A stretch of 59,716 nucleotides of DNA, counting the filler, from Nemertoderma westbladi (taxonomy: Eukaryota; Animalia; Xenacoelomorpha), in assembly GCA_032718475.1 (NCBI GenBank). It is 4 parts of 4 records of this genome, joined end to end, with 100 filler letters (N's around TTAATTAATTAA, not from the genome) between each part and the next. Parts side by side here need not be neighbours in the genome. Positions count along the whole stretch, not along the records: positions 30,205 to 51,709 come from JAUCBJ010004257.1; 3 more parts are not named here. The stretch is one strand, 5' to 3'. Numbering within the stretch: position 1 is the stretch's first letter; each line of letters opens with the position of its first letter. Below the pieces are notes generated by a model. The model was not told the origin of the DNA and searched no databases. It saw only the letters and a list, made by a program, of their open reading frames with translations. The position numbers and the translations under genes are program-made. Positions 39,379 through 51,709 of the stretch are shown piece by piece.

Positions 39379-39501
39379 CCCAAGACCCAACGCCTATACT
39401 AAAATCGTTACAAGCGTTACCAACCCGTTACATAATACATTTAAAAAGCTAACATACAAATACATTTTTATCGGTTTTAATATACGAAACTCAGCACTAA
39501 C

Positions 39502-40047
39502 CTCCAACTAACTCCGGATGACGCCCAGTGTCCGAATGGCGTCCGCTTTCAGCAATCCGTCCGGCGTCCGGATCCCGCCCGGGTTCAACAATCCGTCCAG
39601 CGGCATTCTCTTTCTGCAGTTCGGAATCCGCAATCATCAGCAGAGCGCCAAGCGCGGGGGTGATATGTGACGGGAGGTCTGCGGAGCCGTAGTACTTAAC
39701 GCTCGCCTTGGTCTTCTTGGCACCACCAACGCGGGGCCCCATCTGGCCCCCTTCCCCCGGGCCCCCTACCTCCACCGACTTGGGCCCCGACGATGCCGCA
39801 GTGAGCGTCCCCCCGCCTCCCACCAGCGTCCCCCCACCCGTCGCGAGCCCCCCACCACTCCCAGAGAGCCCCCCACCACTCCCAGGTAGCCCCCCTCCAC
39901 TCCCAGGTAGCCCCCCTCCTCCACTCTTCATTGGGGCGACCTTCTGCACTGGCTTCTGGGACGGGTTGTGTTTACCAGCCGGACGTCCTCGGGGTTTGGA
40001 CACCTTCGGGAAACTCGGTTCGGATTCCTTAGCGCGACGCCGTTTAT
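39502..40047 (-). CDS. Host gene internal exon 3 (phase 1-1, 546 nt); AT-hook KPRGRP and Gly-rich GSGGGLP repeats
   Basis: Acceptor tttctctaatggcag, donor GAG|GTTAGT. GC-rich open frame in an AT-rich background. Confidence 0.75.
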
Positions 40048-40221
40048 CTGCCATTAGAGAAACAACAATGATATAAACAGCACATTCCACGTAAATAATG
40101 TAGCGTTTAAAATAAGATTATATAAACAAATAAACAACATATTGTCATCGGTTTAGAAATAGTAAACAAACCCAGGAGTTAAAGTATAAATATTTCGTAA
40201 ATGATTTGGTGTAAATTTAAA

Positions 40222-41215
40222 GACGGGCTAGCTCAGCTGTTTGAGCGTCGGGGATGCAACCTATTGGTTGTAGGTTCGGGCCCCGCCAGGGTCCACTAAG
40301 CCTTTCATCCACTGGAGTCGATAAAATGAGTACCAGTCGAATTACTGGGAGCAAAACTTGGGATAGGAGTAGTGCCAACCCCTACCTAGGAGTAGCGCCA
40401 ACCCCTACCTAGGAGTAGCGCCAACCCCTACCTAGGAGTAGCGCCAACCCCTACCTAGGAGTAGCGCCAACCCCTACCTAGGAGTAGCGCCAACCCCTAC
40501 CTAGGAGTAGCGCCAACCCCTACCAAGGAGTAGCGCCAACCCCTACCTAGGAGTAGCGCCAACCCCTACCAAGGAGTAGCGCTAACCCCTACCTAGGAGT
40601 AGCGCCAACCCCCTACCTAGGAGTAGCGCCAACCCCTACCTAGGAGTAGCGCCAACCCCTACCTAGGAGTAGCGCCAACCCCTACCTAGGAGTAGCGCCA
40701 ACCCCTACCAAGGAGTAGCGCCAACCCCAACCTAGGAGTAGCGCCAACCCCCTACCTAGGAGTAGCGCCAACCCCTACCTAGGAGTAGCGCCAACCCCTA
40801 CCTAGGAGTAGCGCCAACCCCTACCTAGGAGTAGCGCCAACCCCTACCTAGGAGTAGCGCCAACCCCTACCTAGGAGTAGCGCCAACCCCTACCTAGGAG
40901 TTGCGCCAACCCCTACCTAGGAGTAGCGCCAACCCCTACCTAGGAGTAGCGCCAACCCCTACCTAGGAGTAGCGCCAACCCCTACCTAGGAGTAGCGCCA
41001 ACCCCTACCTAGGAGTAGCGCCAACCCCTACCTAGGAGTAGCGCCAACCCCTACCTAGGAGTAGCGCCAACCCCTACCTAGGAGTAGCGCCAACCCCTAC
41101 CTAGGAGTAGCGCCAACCCCCTACCTAGGAGTAGCGCCAACCCCTACCAAGGAGTAGCGCCAACCCCTACCTTCGGGTAGCGAAAAATGAGAACAAATTG
41201 ACGTTCGTCAAATTT
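40222..41215 (+). mobile_element. tRNA-derived SINE with an internally amplified minisatellite
   Basis: A-box-like tagctcagctg (~40229) and B-box-like ggttcgggccc (40273). Central body gcctttcatcc...gtcgataaaatgagtacc resembles conserved bodies of RTE-associated SINEs. The 3' boundary is approximate. Confidence 0.72.
40364..41172. repeat. 23-bp minisatellite (ctaggagtagcgccaacccctac)n, ~35 copies
   Basis: Highly homogeneous visible tandem units. Confidence 0.97.
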
Positions 41216-41523
41216 CTTATATAAATATAATTTGGAAAGAACCGTAAATTTCGTATATAAATCTCTATTTACTCAAAACAAGGCGAAACTAAAATTCCCC
41301 TAAGGCACCTGGAAATTGAAATATTTAAGGAGGAAAATTAAACAAGTAACAGGGGTAATTAATCCGTAGAAACAAAGTTGTTGTTTGGATTTTCCGACAC
41401 AATGTCAGCCAGTTATTTATTTAATTCGTTATTTTGGAGATAATTCGAGGAAATTTAAAATGTTTTGGGCTCCATACAAATCGAAAATAATGTGCAGCTA
41501 AATTGTTTACATATTTCTCAAAC

Positions 41524-41664
41524 CTTTCGCTTTTGGTTTTCTTAAATTCGGTTTCTGGGGCGAAGCAGTTTGTTCCAAATCATCGGATGGGAGAGGAGGA
41601 TTCATGTCGACCGATACATTGCGACGAAGTTTAATGGATTTCCTCGGTAGACTCTGCGACGCCT
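41524..41664 (-). CDS. Host gene internal exon 2 (phase 1-1, 141 nt), basic
   Basis: Acceptor ttgtgttacag, donor AAG|GTTTGA. Reads ASQSLPRKSIKLRRN...KPNLRKPKAK. Only the phase-1 frame is open. Confidence 0.65.
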
Positions 41665-44600
41665 CTGTAACACAACAAACCGCACAATATATATCATGTA
41701 TCAGGGCCGGGTAACAAAATCCATAGAGGGTCAAGCCATTAAACATATACAAAATACAATAAAGGTGATTCAGTTCTAAGAAATAGAAAACGATGTTTAG
41801 TTACTTTACATTACTTTATAAATGTGACAATGTATATAAAGTACTAGTTAGTAGATTTCAACGCCATGATTTATTATAGTAAATGGCAAACTGGAATTAA
41901 ATTTTAATGATATTTTCGATGATAGTTAATGTTATACTCTAAACATAAGCTAGTATGACGCACAATACCTCTTCGCGGAAGTATGATTTTTGAGTGGAGA
42001 AAGCACCTCTGTTAATGCGACTGTATCAATGATAGATGAAAAGTGATGATAAAAGATGAAAATGAAATTGTCCCATGGAAAAAAAATGGGAAGGATATCA
42101 CTCTGGCGACGACGACTTTAACATTTAAAACAAGTAAAGGTTAAGGCCGTAACCACTGTGTGATATGGCTGTAACCAATGTGACATTTTCATATATTGGA
42201 CAATTTCATATTTTCCACGAATATACAAGCTAGAACTTCCAGGGCATTATTTATTCAGGAAGTTACACATAGCACAGTTAGTTGTTTTTGAAGGCTGTTG
42301 TTTCCTGCTATTGCGATGAACATTAATACTGATGTATGCACGGCACGTACACATTAAATAACAACTTTTTTAATAACTCGCAACCCATCCCCGCTTCCAT
42401 TTTCAAATTTTCTTCAAATTCAATCAAATGCTACGAATTTGGTGTGATGATAGTTCGACACAGTTTCTTGCTGCTATTTTCAACAAAACGATAAAAAATG
42501 TATATTTTTAGCAATATTTAACCACCATCATGGGCTTAATTTATCGTTTTTTTTTAAATATAATCCAGTTGCAGATTCCAAATCTGAAAACAGATTTTAA
42601 ATTCACAAATAAAATTTCCTGAGAAAATACTAAAAGTCAATGGTATATATACCAGTAATTCTTAAGATGTAGTGACAAAATTTGAAGACACCCCTAACAT
42701 TAACATATGCTCGAAGAAACAAATTAATAAACTATGTTCTGAAAGATCTCGATAACTTTCTACGTCACCTCTTCGTTAGAGAATAAAACTATTATAGTTT
42801 TGGCCAAGACAAACGATAATAGATTACTGTATCTATAATACACAATGCAATGTTGTTAATGACATAATATAAAAGGTCCCATGTGTTTACCAGCTGCCAG
42901 GGGGGGATAACCTGGAAACCACATCACTCATTTATGTGTCCCTGTAGAGCACTATATCATGTGACTTATGTTCAACTCTAAGCATTTCCCACTACAAACA
43001 CAAACAGCAATTCTAGGAACCCAGGTAGAGCAATAAATTTTTTGGCTCCAAAGCGTTGCGTAGCTATCCATACATGTGAAACTGCATAACTTAAGTAACC
43101 AGATTCTTGGCAGAGAGTTAGTAATTGCTTAAGTCTGTTAGCAATTCAGTCTACCCGTATATACACCCACATGGGGGCCCTTTATAATACGACAATGCCA
43201 AGCACAGCTATATGCAAGGCATTGAGGGTGTAACTTGTCAGTCACAGCGAACTTTGACCCAAATTTATCAATAACCAAACCAACTAACTAACTACCCAGT
43301 AAACAATACAACACCACCGCCGAACTTCACTTTATCAAAAACTCGACATCATACCAAGTAAAGGAATATTATTGGCTTGGAAATGCTAATTAATAACATA
43401 GAAATAATGGGTACATAAAATGGTTAATGGTAATTATTATTTATATAAATGTAACCCAAAGCCCAACCCAATTACCAGATAGGAGAAGGTTACAGTGGCA
43501 AGTTATTCTAACGAAAGCAATATGGGAAAGTCAATAGAACATATTGTTACGGTTTAATTTCTGACGGTAATCAGCTATGGTTTTGCGTACCCATACACTG
43601 TACAGATACTAATTCGTTTATTGTTTTGGCTAGACGCATTCAGCCCTTATCCTACCGGGGTTTTTAGTGAAAACCTGGTATTCTTCACTTATACATAGGC
43701 CTAATTAATATTGAAATATTAAATCGAATTAATTCAATCAAGCACATGAAATAAAAAAACCGGGTAATGCATAAAAATCAGTCAGTGATCGAATCAACTC
43801 AACATTGCACACAACTGGTTGTGCAATTAACAATTAAAATTAATTAATAATTACTTCGTATACATTAGAGCGTATATTACAATTTAAATGATTCCAGAAA
43901 TGAAAATAAACATGTGGAAGAATATATAATATATGGATAGGCAATATATTCAGCTCACACTTGTATGTGAATCACCTATTGATCTCAATGATAAACAATG
44001 TCTAAATTCACATTATGTATGTACCGTATGTACCGTTTGTAGAGTTATATATCCTACAAAAACGGGGGGGGGGGGGGGGGGGGGGGGGGGAATCCCATCT
44101 CTGCGAATTAACAAGTTACAGTGGCCGTTATTCTAAACAAAACAATAAACCAAAATAAATAGTACTACAAGTACAACAGGTTACACTTTAATTATTGTTG
44201 GTGTTGGTTAATCAGCTGATATTTGAGTCTACTTTCCCCTGGTGATTGCGTCAAAAGCGTTTAAATGCGATTAAACGGGATCAGACTTTTCGGGATTGCA
44301 ACATTTTGCGAAATTAGTGATTAACATTAATTCCTAGGAAATAAGCTAAAAACCTTAAAAGCTAGGAAATTATGAAATATTGCAGGAAATAAGATGAATA
44401 ATCATAACATAATATACCAGTATATTATACACATATATACAGCATTGTATAGTATATTATATAATCTATCATTTCCTACTAATATTGTAATGTATTTCAT
44501 TATTTCCTAGGACATAACAAAACATGCGGAATTAACTTTAATATCTAGGAATTAAATTTACTTCCTTGATTACCCTTACCCTTAATGACTGATATATATC

Positions 44601-45611
44601 TAATATATATCATGTTAGGCCGATAATAATATAGTAACTAAATGTTGTCGATGTTACATTTAAATATTTTCTAAACGTTTTAAAATAGTTTGCGAATAGG
44701 CACATGTCAACGTGTAGGAATCTGGGTAATAGTCAATATTATGATATTTAGATATTTTCATACTGATAATATATATAAACGCAATTCTTACTGTTTATAA
44801 GTCATACGTGAGTCCTATTCTAGAATATTGTACTCCGGTCAGTTCACCATTTCACTTAGGCACTATTGATTTAATGGGGCGTCTCCATCACTATTTTACT
44901 CGCATACTTTTTGCCCGTTATAACTAATCCGGTACACACCGAGTACAGGTTCTTAAATAATAGAATATATATAGATTTTATATTTATTTATTAATTAATA
45001 TTATGAATAATTCACTCACAACATTTTTTAGGTCTCTTGTTGCAATTCTAAAATACGCCGCAGACAAAGGCAAACAAGCAAGCTTATTGCCTCCGTACTA
45101 CAACGCATATAGCCGAACCCCACACTCCCAGACACAACCTGCCAGCGACACTCATACATGTAACGAGCAGTAGTAATAAATACTAAATAATAATATATTA
45201 CTTACATATTGGAATATTAGGACAGGCTGAGAATATTATATCTGCAATCTTTATAAGTACCGGTACGAATGTTTCAATAACCGGTTAAAATCTTTTACCT
45301 TACCGGTACTGTTCTTTAGATAGATTTTGGGATTGATTAGTAACATTTTCGTTAAACATTTAACTTTCATTTTTTAGGATAGTATTAATATTAACTACGT
45401 AATTACATTCATCCAGTTATGTATATTCAATCATGATATAGGATGTTTCGATTTCTAATTTTTACGGCATTTTTAAGTGTAATTGTTGTCAGTAAGTGTT
45501 CACGTAGCCAGGGTGATGTTCACTCTTTTATTCAATTTTCAGATTTTATATGTATCGATTTTAATAAAAGAGCGTTTATTAATTATTATTATTATATTGA
45601 TGATGACTTAC

Positions 45612-45654
45612 TTTGCGGTAGAGGTTTGGGGTTCGACTGTTTGGTCCTTGGCAT
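45612..45654 (-). CDS. Host gene first coding exon MPRTKQSNPKPLPQ (exon 45612-45700 including 5'UTR)
   Basis: Acceptor tttaatccag at 45701, ATG at 45654 with an in-frame TAG upstream, donor AAA|GTAAGT at 45611. Phase 1 fits the next exon. Confidence 0.62.
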
Positions 45655-48127
45655 CTTCGTCTAGAGCCCATTTGCCATTTACATTCGAATAATAAACTTC
45701 CTGGATTAAATAAAATCTACACCCCAAGTAATAGAAGGATTCCCGCCTCCCTTAATAGGTGAGCTATCATTCACATTCAGCTCAAATATACTGAATATGG
45801 TGATCTTGATACAATATTAATAACTAAGTTCCGTAGTAGCTGTTCAAGTGTTCACAAATGCTGAAATGTAAAAGATTACAACAAACAACAAACTTTAAGT
45901 CCAGAAGTCACACGTTTAATATTTCTCAAATAGCAGGATATCTTCATCAGTTCATTATACTGTTATATATACTGATATAATTAATATCTGTCATACAGTC
46001 ATATAATCAATGTCCTGGTATCAGAATATCAATAATTAATGGCGACAAATCAACATAACATAGGCCTACAGTACCGGTACCCAGTTCAAAGTTCAAACAA
46101 ATAAATGAAATTCTGACATAAGATCATAGAATATGATAGGCCCTAGCCCTACCATTGCCTTCTGCCTACAGCTGTACCTGTGTACAGGATCATGTCGCAT
46201 TGCAGGCCTTTCTGTAAACCGGTAGGCGGTAGCGTAGGTTAGCCTATGTATTACCCGGTACCGGTACTTTTACGTTTACCTACATTACCGGGTAGGTATA
46301 GGCCTACATTACAACATTACCTACTGACCTACACCTAGGAGGCCCTAAATTATTATTACTGCCTACATTATTATTGCTGTAGGCGGTCGGTCTGTTCTAT
46401 AGGTATTCAGGTACCTAGATTCTAGATAATGATAGACAGATATAATTACTGAATTACAGAAATAATACTAATAAAGCAGTACTGCAGTAGGCAGGTAGGC
46501 CCTATCCCTATTGCTGTATTGCATATCTGCATATACAGATATACAGATCAGATATAATCACCAGGCTGCCAGGTATAGGGATAATCCCGCAACATATAGA
46601 GTAGGCGTATATTTTGAAGTAATCTGAGGCTAAAAACAAAATAAATTAAAAACTGTAACAGCCTGCAGCCAGGCTGCCAGGCAGCACTAAATATTACAAA
46701 AACACAAATACAGCAACAGCACCGAACTGCTGAACTGTACGGGTACCGGTACCTACTCCAGTAGGGCCTACTCTGTAGCTGTACTGAATATTAATATAAA
46801 CAGAACTACCGGTACCCAGGTGCCGGTCAGCCGGTATCCTACGAACGGCAAATTGAATTACAAATTAACACTGCAGGCTGCAGCACTGCTCCAGCATCCG
46901 GTAGGTTTTGGTAGTACGATGCTGCTGATGTGCTGTTCAAAAAATTAATATTTATAATACTAGACAAATAAATAATATAGGCCTAGGCCTAATTTAAATA
47001 TAATAACAAACCTCCCTTTCTTAAAATAACAAAATAATACAGTTCAGTAATAATAATCATTAACGAATCAACAGGAGACACCACGGAAATCCCATATGGT
47101 ATTCAATCTAAAAGGAGTACGTCATGTTGCCAAGATTGGAATGGTAAAGCATCACATGACAGCGGAATAATATGTAGTACATATATGGGAGATCTATTTA
47201 CTAATAAACATAATGAAATCAATTACTGGCACACATTCCATAAAGATAAAATATTTTATTAATTCGTGGGATAATATGCTAGTAAATACAGAATAAATGA
47301 AACAAACATTAAGTATTAGTCATCATTTTAATGGACTTGATATCCATGGCGAATGAATATTGCGTCCAGTAAAAGGACTATCAAGCCATAACCAGGGGCG
47401 TTCACCCACCAATGAGACACCAATATTATACCGTATTCCTGAGTTGGCGGTTAGTGCTATTAGAATTATAATGGAACCAGGCAGTGTCTTGTTTATATCA
47501 GCATAGCTTGCTTGTAGGAGAGGAGGAGAGTGTGGGTGGATAGCTAAATAATATATTTCAGTATAACAGTATAATGGGGGGTGGATGGTGTAAACTTGGA
47601 GTTTAGAGGTTAGTTAGTTAGGACTATACTAAATGTGAGTTAATGATTATGATAACGTCACTAGAAAGGAATAATCGTATAATATAAACACTTGCATGGT
47701 GCGTGTGTTTAACTTGGCACATTTTTTTTTATTAATAAGCTAGCGCATTTTTTTTAAGTGTCACTTTTTTATCATTTGGAAAAACCAAATGCCAGAATTA
47801 TTATTTCATTGTTTGACACAATAATAATATAATTAATCATGTGCCATGTGATAAATAAGGTGGCCCATGGAATACTAAATATAGACGGAACCGCATTAGT
47901 GTTATTTTTTCGGCCCCGAAATTTTTTTCAATAAAATGGTAGTATATGCCATAGAAACCTCAGAAAAAAATTTAAGCAAATTTGACCGGAGCGTTTCCAT
48001 GGAAACCGGGCAAACATAAAATTTCTAGGTTTTGCCATGAATTAATTATTTTTTTGCATCTACTACCCTATTTATTTTTATCCTATTTATTTTTATTTCT
48101 AGCACAGGTAACTATAGCAACGAGGTA

Positions 48128-51100
48128 TTTAGTTTAGTTTAGTTTAGTTTAATACGCCAAATGCAAATTAAAATTAATACATACAGCACATAAATTCTTA
48201 TAAAACACAATGAACTGGCAAATCTATAAGGATTCTACGCATATGCGTATATTTCTTTTATGAAGTACTGCAGGTAAGTTACATACATTATAGGTACAAA
48301 CATATAACATATTACAAACATAAATAAACAATAAACAGATAGTGGGGTTCAAAATTATACGACGTAGATTGTAAGTAAAAATCACAATGTTGATAATTTT
48401 ACATATTGCAATAAAAAATAAACATAAAAAAAAATTTAGTTGGCACGTTATGATTAAAATGTTTCTATTAAGAACGATACAGTAAAAACTTCGATGTGTG
48501 CAATAATATTAAAAAAAACAAATAAAAAATAATAAAAATAATAAAAAATACCGTGCACTTCATATGAAAATATTAAAAACAAAGAACCTGATATTTAATT
48601 AAGTAAAAATTGTAATTACAATGATACAAAAGAAAAATTTAATTTAATATAAGTACCGATGGAATGTAAACTGGGCAGTGGCAACTTGTCTAACTGGTAT
48701 ATCACTATAAATATTCATTTTGGACTTCATGGCACAATCAAGACGATTTTTAAATAAGTTTACACTAGGATTACCATGAAAATCTCGAGCATTAACAACA
48801 TTCTCATCCAACATATTCCATAAGTTTATTACACGAGACGCAAAACTGTTAGTGTGGAACAGATGTTGACCCGCGGTGTTTCGTTTGTACAATGTCAGTG
48901 ATGAACCTCTTGTCGAATATGAGTGACGCTGGCTTCTGAGTTCAAAAAAGTTACTATAGTCTACGTTATCAAGTTTGTGAACAAACTTGTATGTTGATAT
49001 CATATCCGCTCTAGCTCGTCTGTAAATCAGTGTCGGTATTTTAAGTGAACGAAGACGCTCCTCATATGACAGATGCTGTAGTGAAGGTACCATACGGGTT
49101 GCGCGGTGTTGCACTTGTTCTATGTGCTCGATATCCTTTTGAAGATACGGTGACCATACAACTGTACCATATTCGAGTAGCGGACGAATTATAGACTTAT
49201 ATAACTTGGTAAACATTATCGGTTCCATAAACGTGAATGTGTGTTTTACTAAGTTAAGAATACGTGTCGCACGAGCAGCAATATTAGAACAATGAGCGGA
49301 GAATGACATATTGGAACTAAAAGTAACACCAAGGTCTTTCTCTTCGCATACTGCATCCAGAACTGTGTTAGACATGTAGTATGGCGTTGATGGATTTCTA
49401 CGACCAAGGTGAAGTATTTTACACTTTGAAAAATTAAACTGTAAGTGCCATTTGTTTGCCCATTCAACAAGCCGGTTTAAGTCTGCTTGCAAGAAGTTGG
49501 TGTCGTCCGTACTAGAAATTTGTCTGTATATTTTCGTATCATCTACAAATATCTTACAACAAGATGTGATCATATCAGGAACATCATTAACGAAGATCAA
49601 GAATAATATTGGCGCAGTAACAGTCCCTTGAGGAACGCCACTGGTCACCATTCGAGTCCCACTTAATACTCCATTAACCCTAACAGTTTGGGTACGCCCA
49701 GTAAGAAAGTTACCTATCCAAACTAAAACGTTGCCCTTTACACCATAACTCTCTAATTTATGCAGTAGCAGGGTGTGTGAGACAGTGTCAAAGGCTCGTC
49801 TTAGATCGAGATACACAACATCAGCTCCAAGAGAATGCAGTTCATCTACAAAGTTGCAGAAGTCTTCCACTACTTCTAGTAACTGTGTAACTGTAGAACG
49901 GTGAGCACGAGCTCCGTGCTGGGCATCAGTGAAAATATTATTTCCTTCAAAATGACAAATAAGTGCATCACGAATAAACTTCTCACAGACCTTAGCCAAG
50001 ATACAAGTAAGGGATATGGGACGATAGTTATCCGGGTTATGTTTAGGAGGTTTCTTTAACAAGGGACTGATAATTGCAGTACGCCAGTCGTCCGGAACAA
50101 CACCAGAATCAAAAGACAACTGGAATATAAACTGACATGGGACTGCAATGACCTCGGTTAACTCTTTCAGTATTCGACTATGTAGTTTGTCGGGGCCAGC
50201 AGACTTGGTAGGATTCAAATCAGATAACAACTTCATCACATTTTCAATAGAAACGTCAACATTCTCAAGAAGGGGAATATCACGCTCAAAGGTTGGGGGG
50301 TCAGGTAATGGGTCACTGATGCCGTCGTCAGAAATAAACGCAGCAGAAAATGTGTCACTTAGAACTTCCGACATTTCAGACTCCGTGGTAACAGTCTGAT
50401 TCCCTGTACGTAATGGGCCAATTGGGTTGCAACATTTTCTTTTAGAATTAACGTAAGACCAGAAAGCCTTAGGATTGGAACTACAAAGTTCAGCAATACG
50501 TTTTTCGTGATTTGATTTCGACACTCTACATGCCCTACCAGCCGTCTGTCTGGCACTGACATATCTATTACGGTTGCGCTCAGTAGGATATGTCCTCCAA
50601 CGTTGAAAAAGCACTTGCTTCCTCTGAACAGCAGAAATTGCAGTCTGTGACATCCAGCGTTCCCTAAAAGATGAACGAGCATTTACAATGGGGACATACA
50701 CATCTTGGCCAGTTAAGAGTTCAGATTTTAATATAATCCATGCCTCATCAGCAGATAAATCGGTAAACCTATCAGACCAGTCAATATCTCGCAATGAATC
50801 ACGCCAACTATTGTAATCAGCAGTATCATACCTAAGGTGAGTTATCAAGGGTTCAGATATACACATTATATTAAGTTTACAAAATGTAATACCATGATCT
50901 GATTTACCAATGGGACTAAATACACGGACATCTGAAACTGCATCGTGTGATTTAGATATAAATAAATCAAGTGTAGAATCTGAACCATTATTCGAAAACC
51001 TAGTAAATTCATAGACATGCTGTGTAAAATGTCGATCTAAAAAAAAATTTAAAAATGCACGCTCAAAGGGTCTCGCAAGTGGTTTGAGAACAAGTTGCTC

Positions 51101-51709
51101 CCAATCTATATAAGGAAAATTGAAATCACCCAGTAAAAATAATTCATTATTGCTGGTATAACTACTTATTGCATCAATAAGAAAATGTAAACTAGCATTA
51201 TTTATGTCCGTAGATGAGGTAGAGCGGTATATACATGTAACTACAAACTTTCGGCCATTATGAAAATTAATTTCAGCACAAACATAATCTGAGAAAATGA
51301 CATTACCAAGGTCAACTTGTTGCACCCTGGAAACTGAATACATTGACGAAATTCTAATATATAGAGCAACCCCACCCCCAAACAAATCACGATCATCCCG
51401 AAATAAATGGTATGGACCAAGCGATTGTACTTCATCTGGGATCGAGTTGTCTACCCATGTTTCAGTTATACCAATAATGTCCGGTTTTAATAAGGCGACT
51501 CTGACTTTAAGTTCAGTCAGCTTATTTCGTAAGCATTGTGCATTTAAATTTAAAACCTTAAAACCACCATCGATTGACCATTGCTCCTGTTCTGCATTAA
51601 CATTGACTCCTTGTCAATCCTGATGTCGGAATGATTGATGAGATGGAGTCGGAGGAAGAGTGGATTCGTCCAATTGGTTTACAGTATCATCTGGGATGAC
51701 GTTTTCCAT
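48128..51709 (-). mobile_element. Young CR1-clade LINE (ORF1 3' end, intact ORF2, 3'UTR, (TAAAC)n tail); 5' part lost in the gap
   Basis: Uninterrupted APE+RT frame, a ~0.5-kb 3'UTR and a terminal tttagtttagtttag microsatellite at ~48128-48150. Confidence 0.93.
48644..51613 (-). CDS. CR1 ORF2: apurinic endonuclease + reverse transcriptase (989 codons, no AUG at the start)
   Basis: NLNAQCL, GITETW, GGGVALY, LGDFN, SDH, NYRPISLT, YLDLRRAFD, GVPQG, FVDDTK, KDLGV. The frame is open 76 codons upstream of the tracked TTG start, back to the TGA at 51614-51616. Confidence 0.93.
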   Translation of the reverse strand, partial: QGVNVNAEQEQWSIDGGFKVLNLNAQCLRNKLTELKVRVALLKPDIIGITETWVDNSIPDEVQSLGPYHLFRDDRDLFGGGVALYIRISSMYSVSRVQQVDLGNVIFSDYVCAEINFHNGRKFVVTCIYRSTSSTDINNASLHFLIDAISSYTSNNELFLLGDFNFPYIDWEQLVLKPLARPFERAFLNFFLDRHFTQHVYEFTRFSNNGSDSTLDLFISKSHDAVSDVRVFSPIGKSDHGITFCKLNIMCISEPLITHLRYDTADYNSWRDSLRDIDWSDRFTDLSADEAWIILKSELLTGQDVYVPIVNARSSFRERWMSQTAISAVQRKQVLFQRWRTYPTERNRNRYVSARQTAGRACRVSKSNHEKRIAELCSSNPKAFWSYVNSKRKCCNPIGPLRTGNQTVTTESEMSEVLSDTFSAAFISDDGISDPLPDPPTFERDIPLLENVDVSIENVMKLLSDLNPTKSAGPDKLHSRILKELTEVIAVPCQFIFQLSFDSGVVPDDWRTAIISPLLKKPPKHNPDNYRPISLTCILAKVCEKFIRDALICHFEGNNIFTDAQHGARAHRSTVTQLLEVVEDFCNFVDELHSLGADVVYLDLRRAFDTVSHTLLLHKLESYGVKGNVLVWIGNFLTGRTQTVRVNGVLSGTRMVTSGVPQGTVTAPILFLIFVNDVPDMITSCCKIFVDDTKIYRQISSTDDTNFLQADLNRLVEWANKWHLQFNFSKCKILHLGRRNPSTPYYMSNTVLDAVCEEKDLGVTFSSNMSFSAHCSNIAARATRILNLVKHTFTFMEPIMFTKLYKSIIRPLLEYGTVVWSPYLQKDIEHIEQVQHRATRMVPSLQHLSYEERLRSLKIPTLIYRRARADMISTYKFVHKLDNVDYSNFFELRSQRHSYSTRGSSLTLYKRNTAGQHLFHTNSFASRVINLWNMLDENVVNARDFHGNPSVNLFKNRLDCAMKSKMNIYSDIPVRQVATAQFTFHRYLY

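Noticed and set aside
40222-40295. tRNA gene
   Set aside because: Boxes are degenerate, the acceptor/anticodon stems are poor and the sequence continues into a SINE body.
35105-41172. CRISPR-like appearance of regular 23-43 bp repeats
   Set aside because: Units are head-to-tail with no unique spacers, there are no cas genes, and the context is eukaryotic.
45030-45175. Possible plus-strand exon (SLVAILKYAADK...)
   Set aside because: Acceptor-like site present, but no supportable partner exons or recognisable domain.
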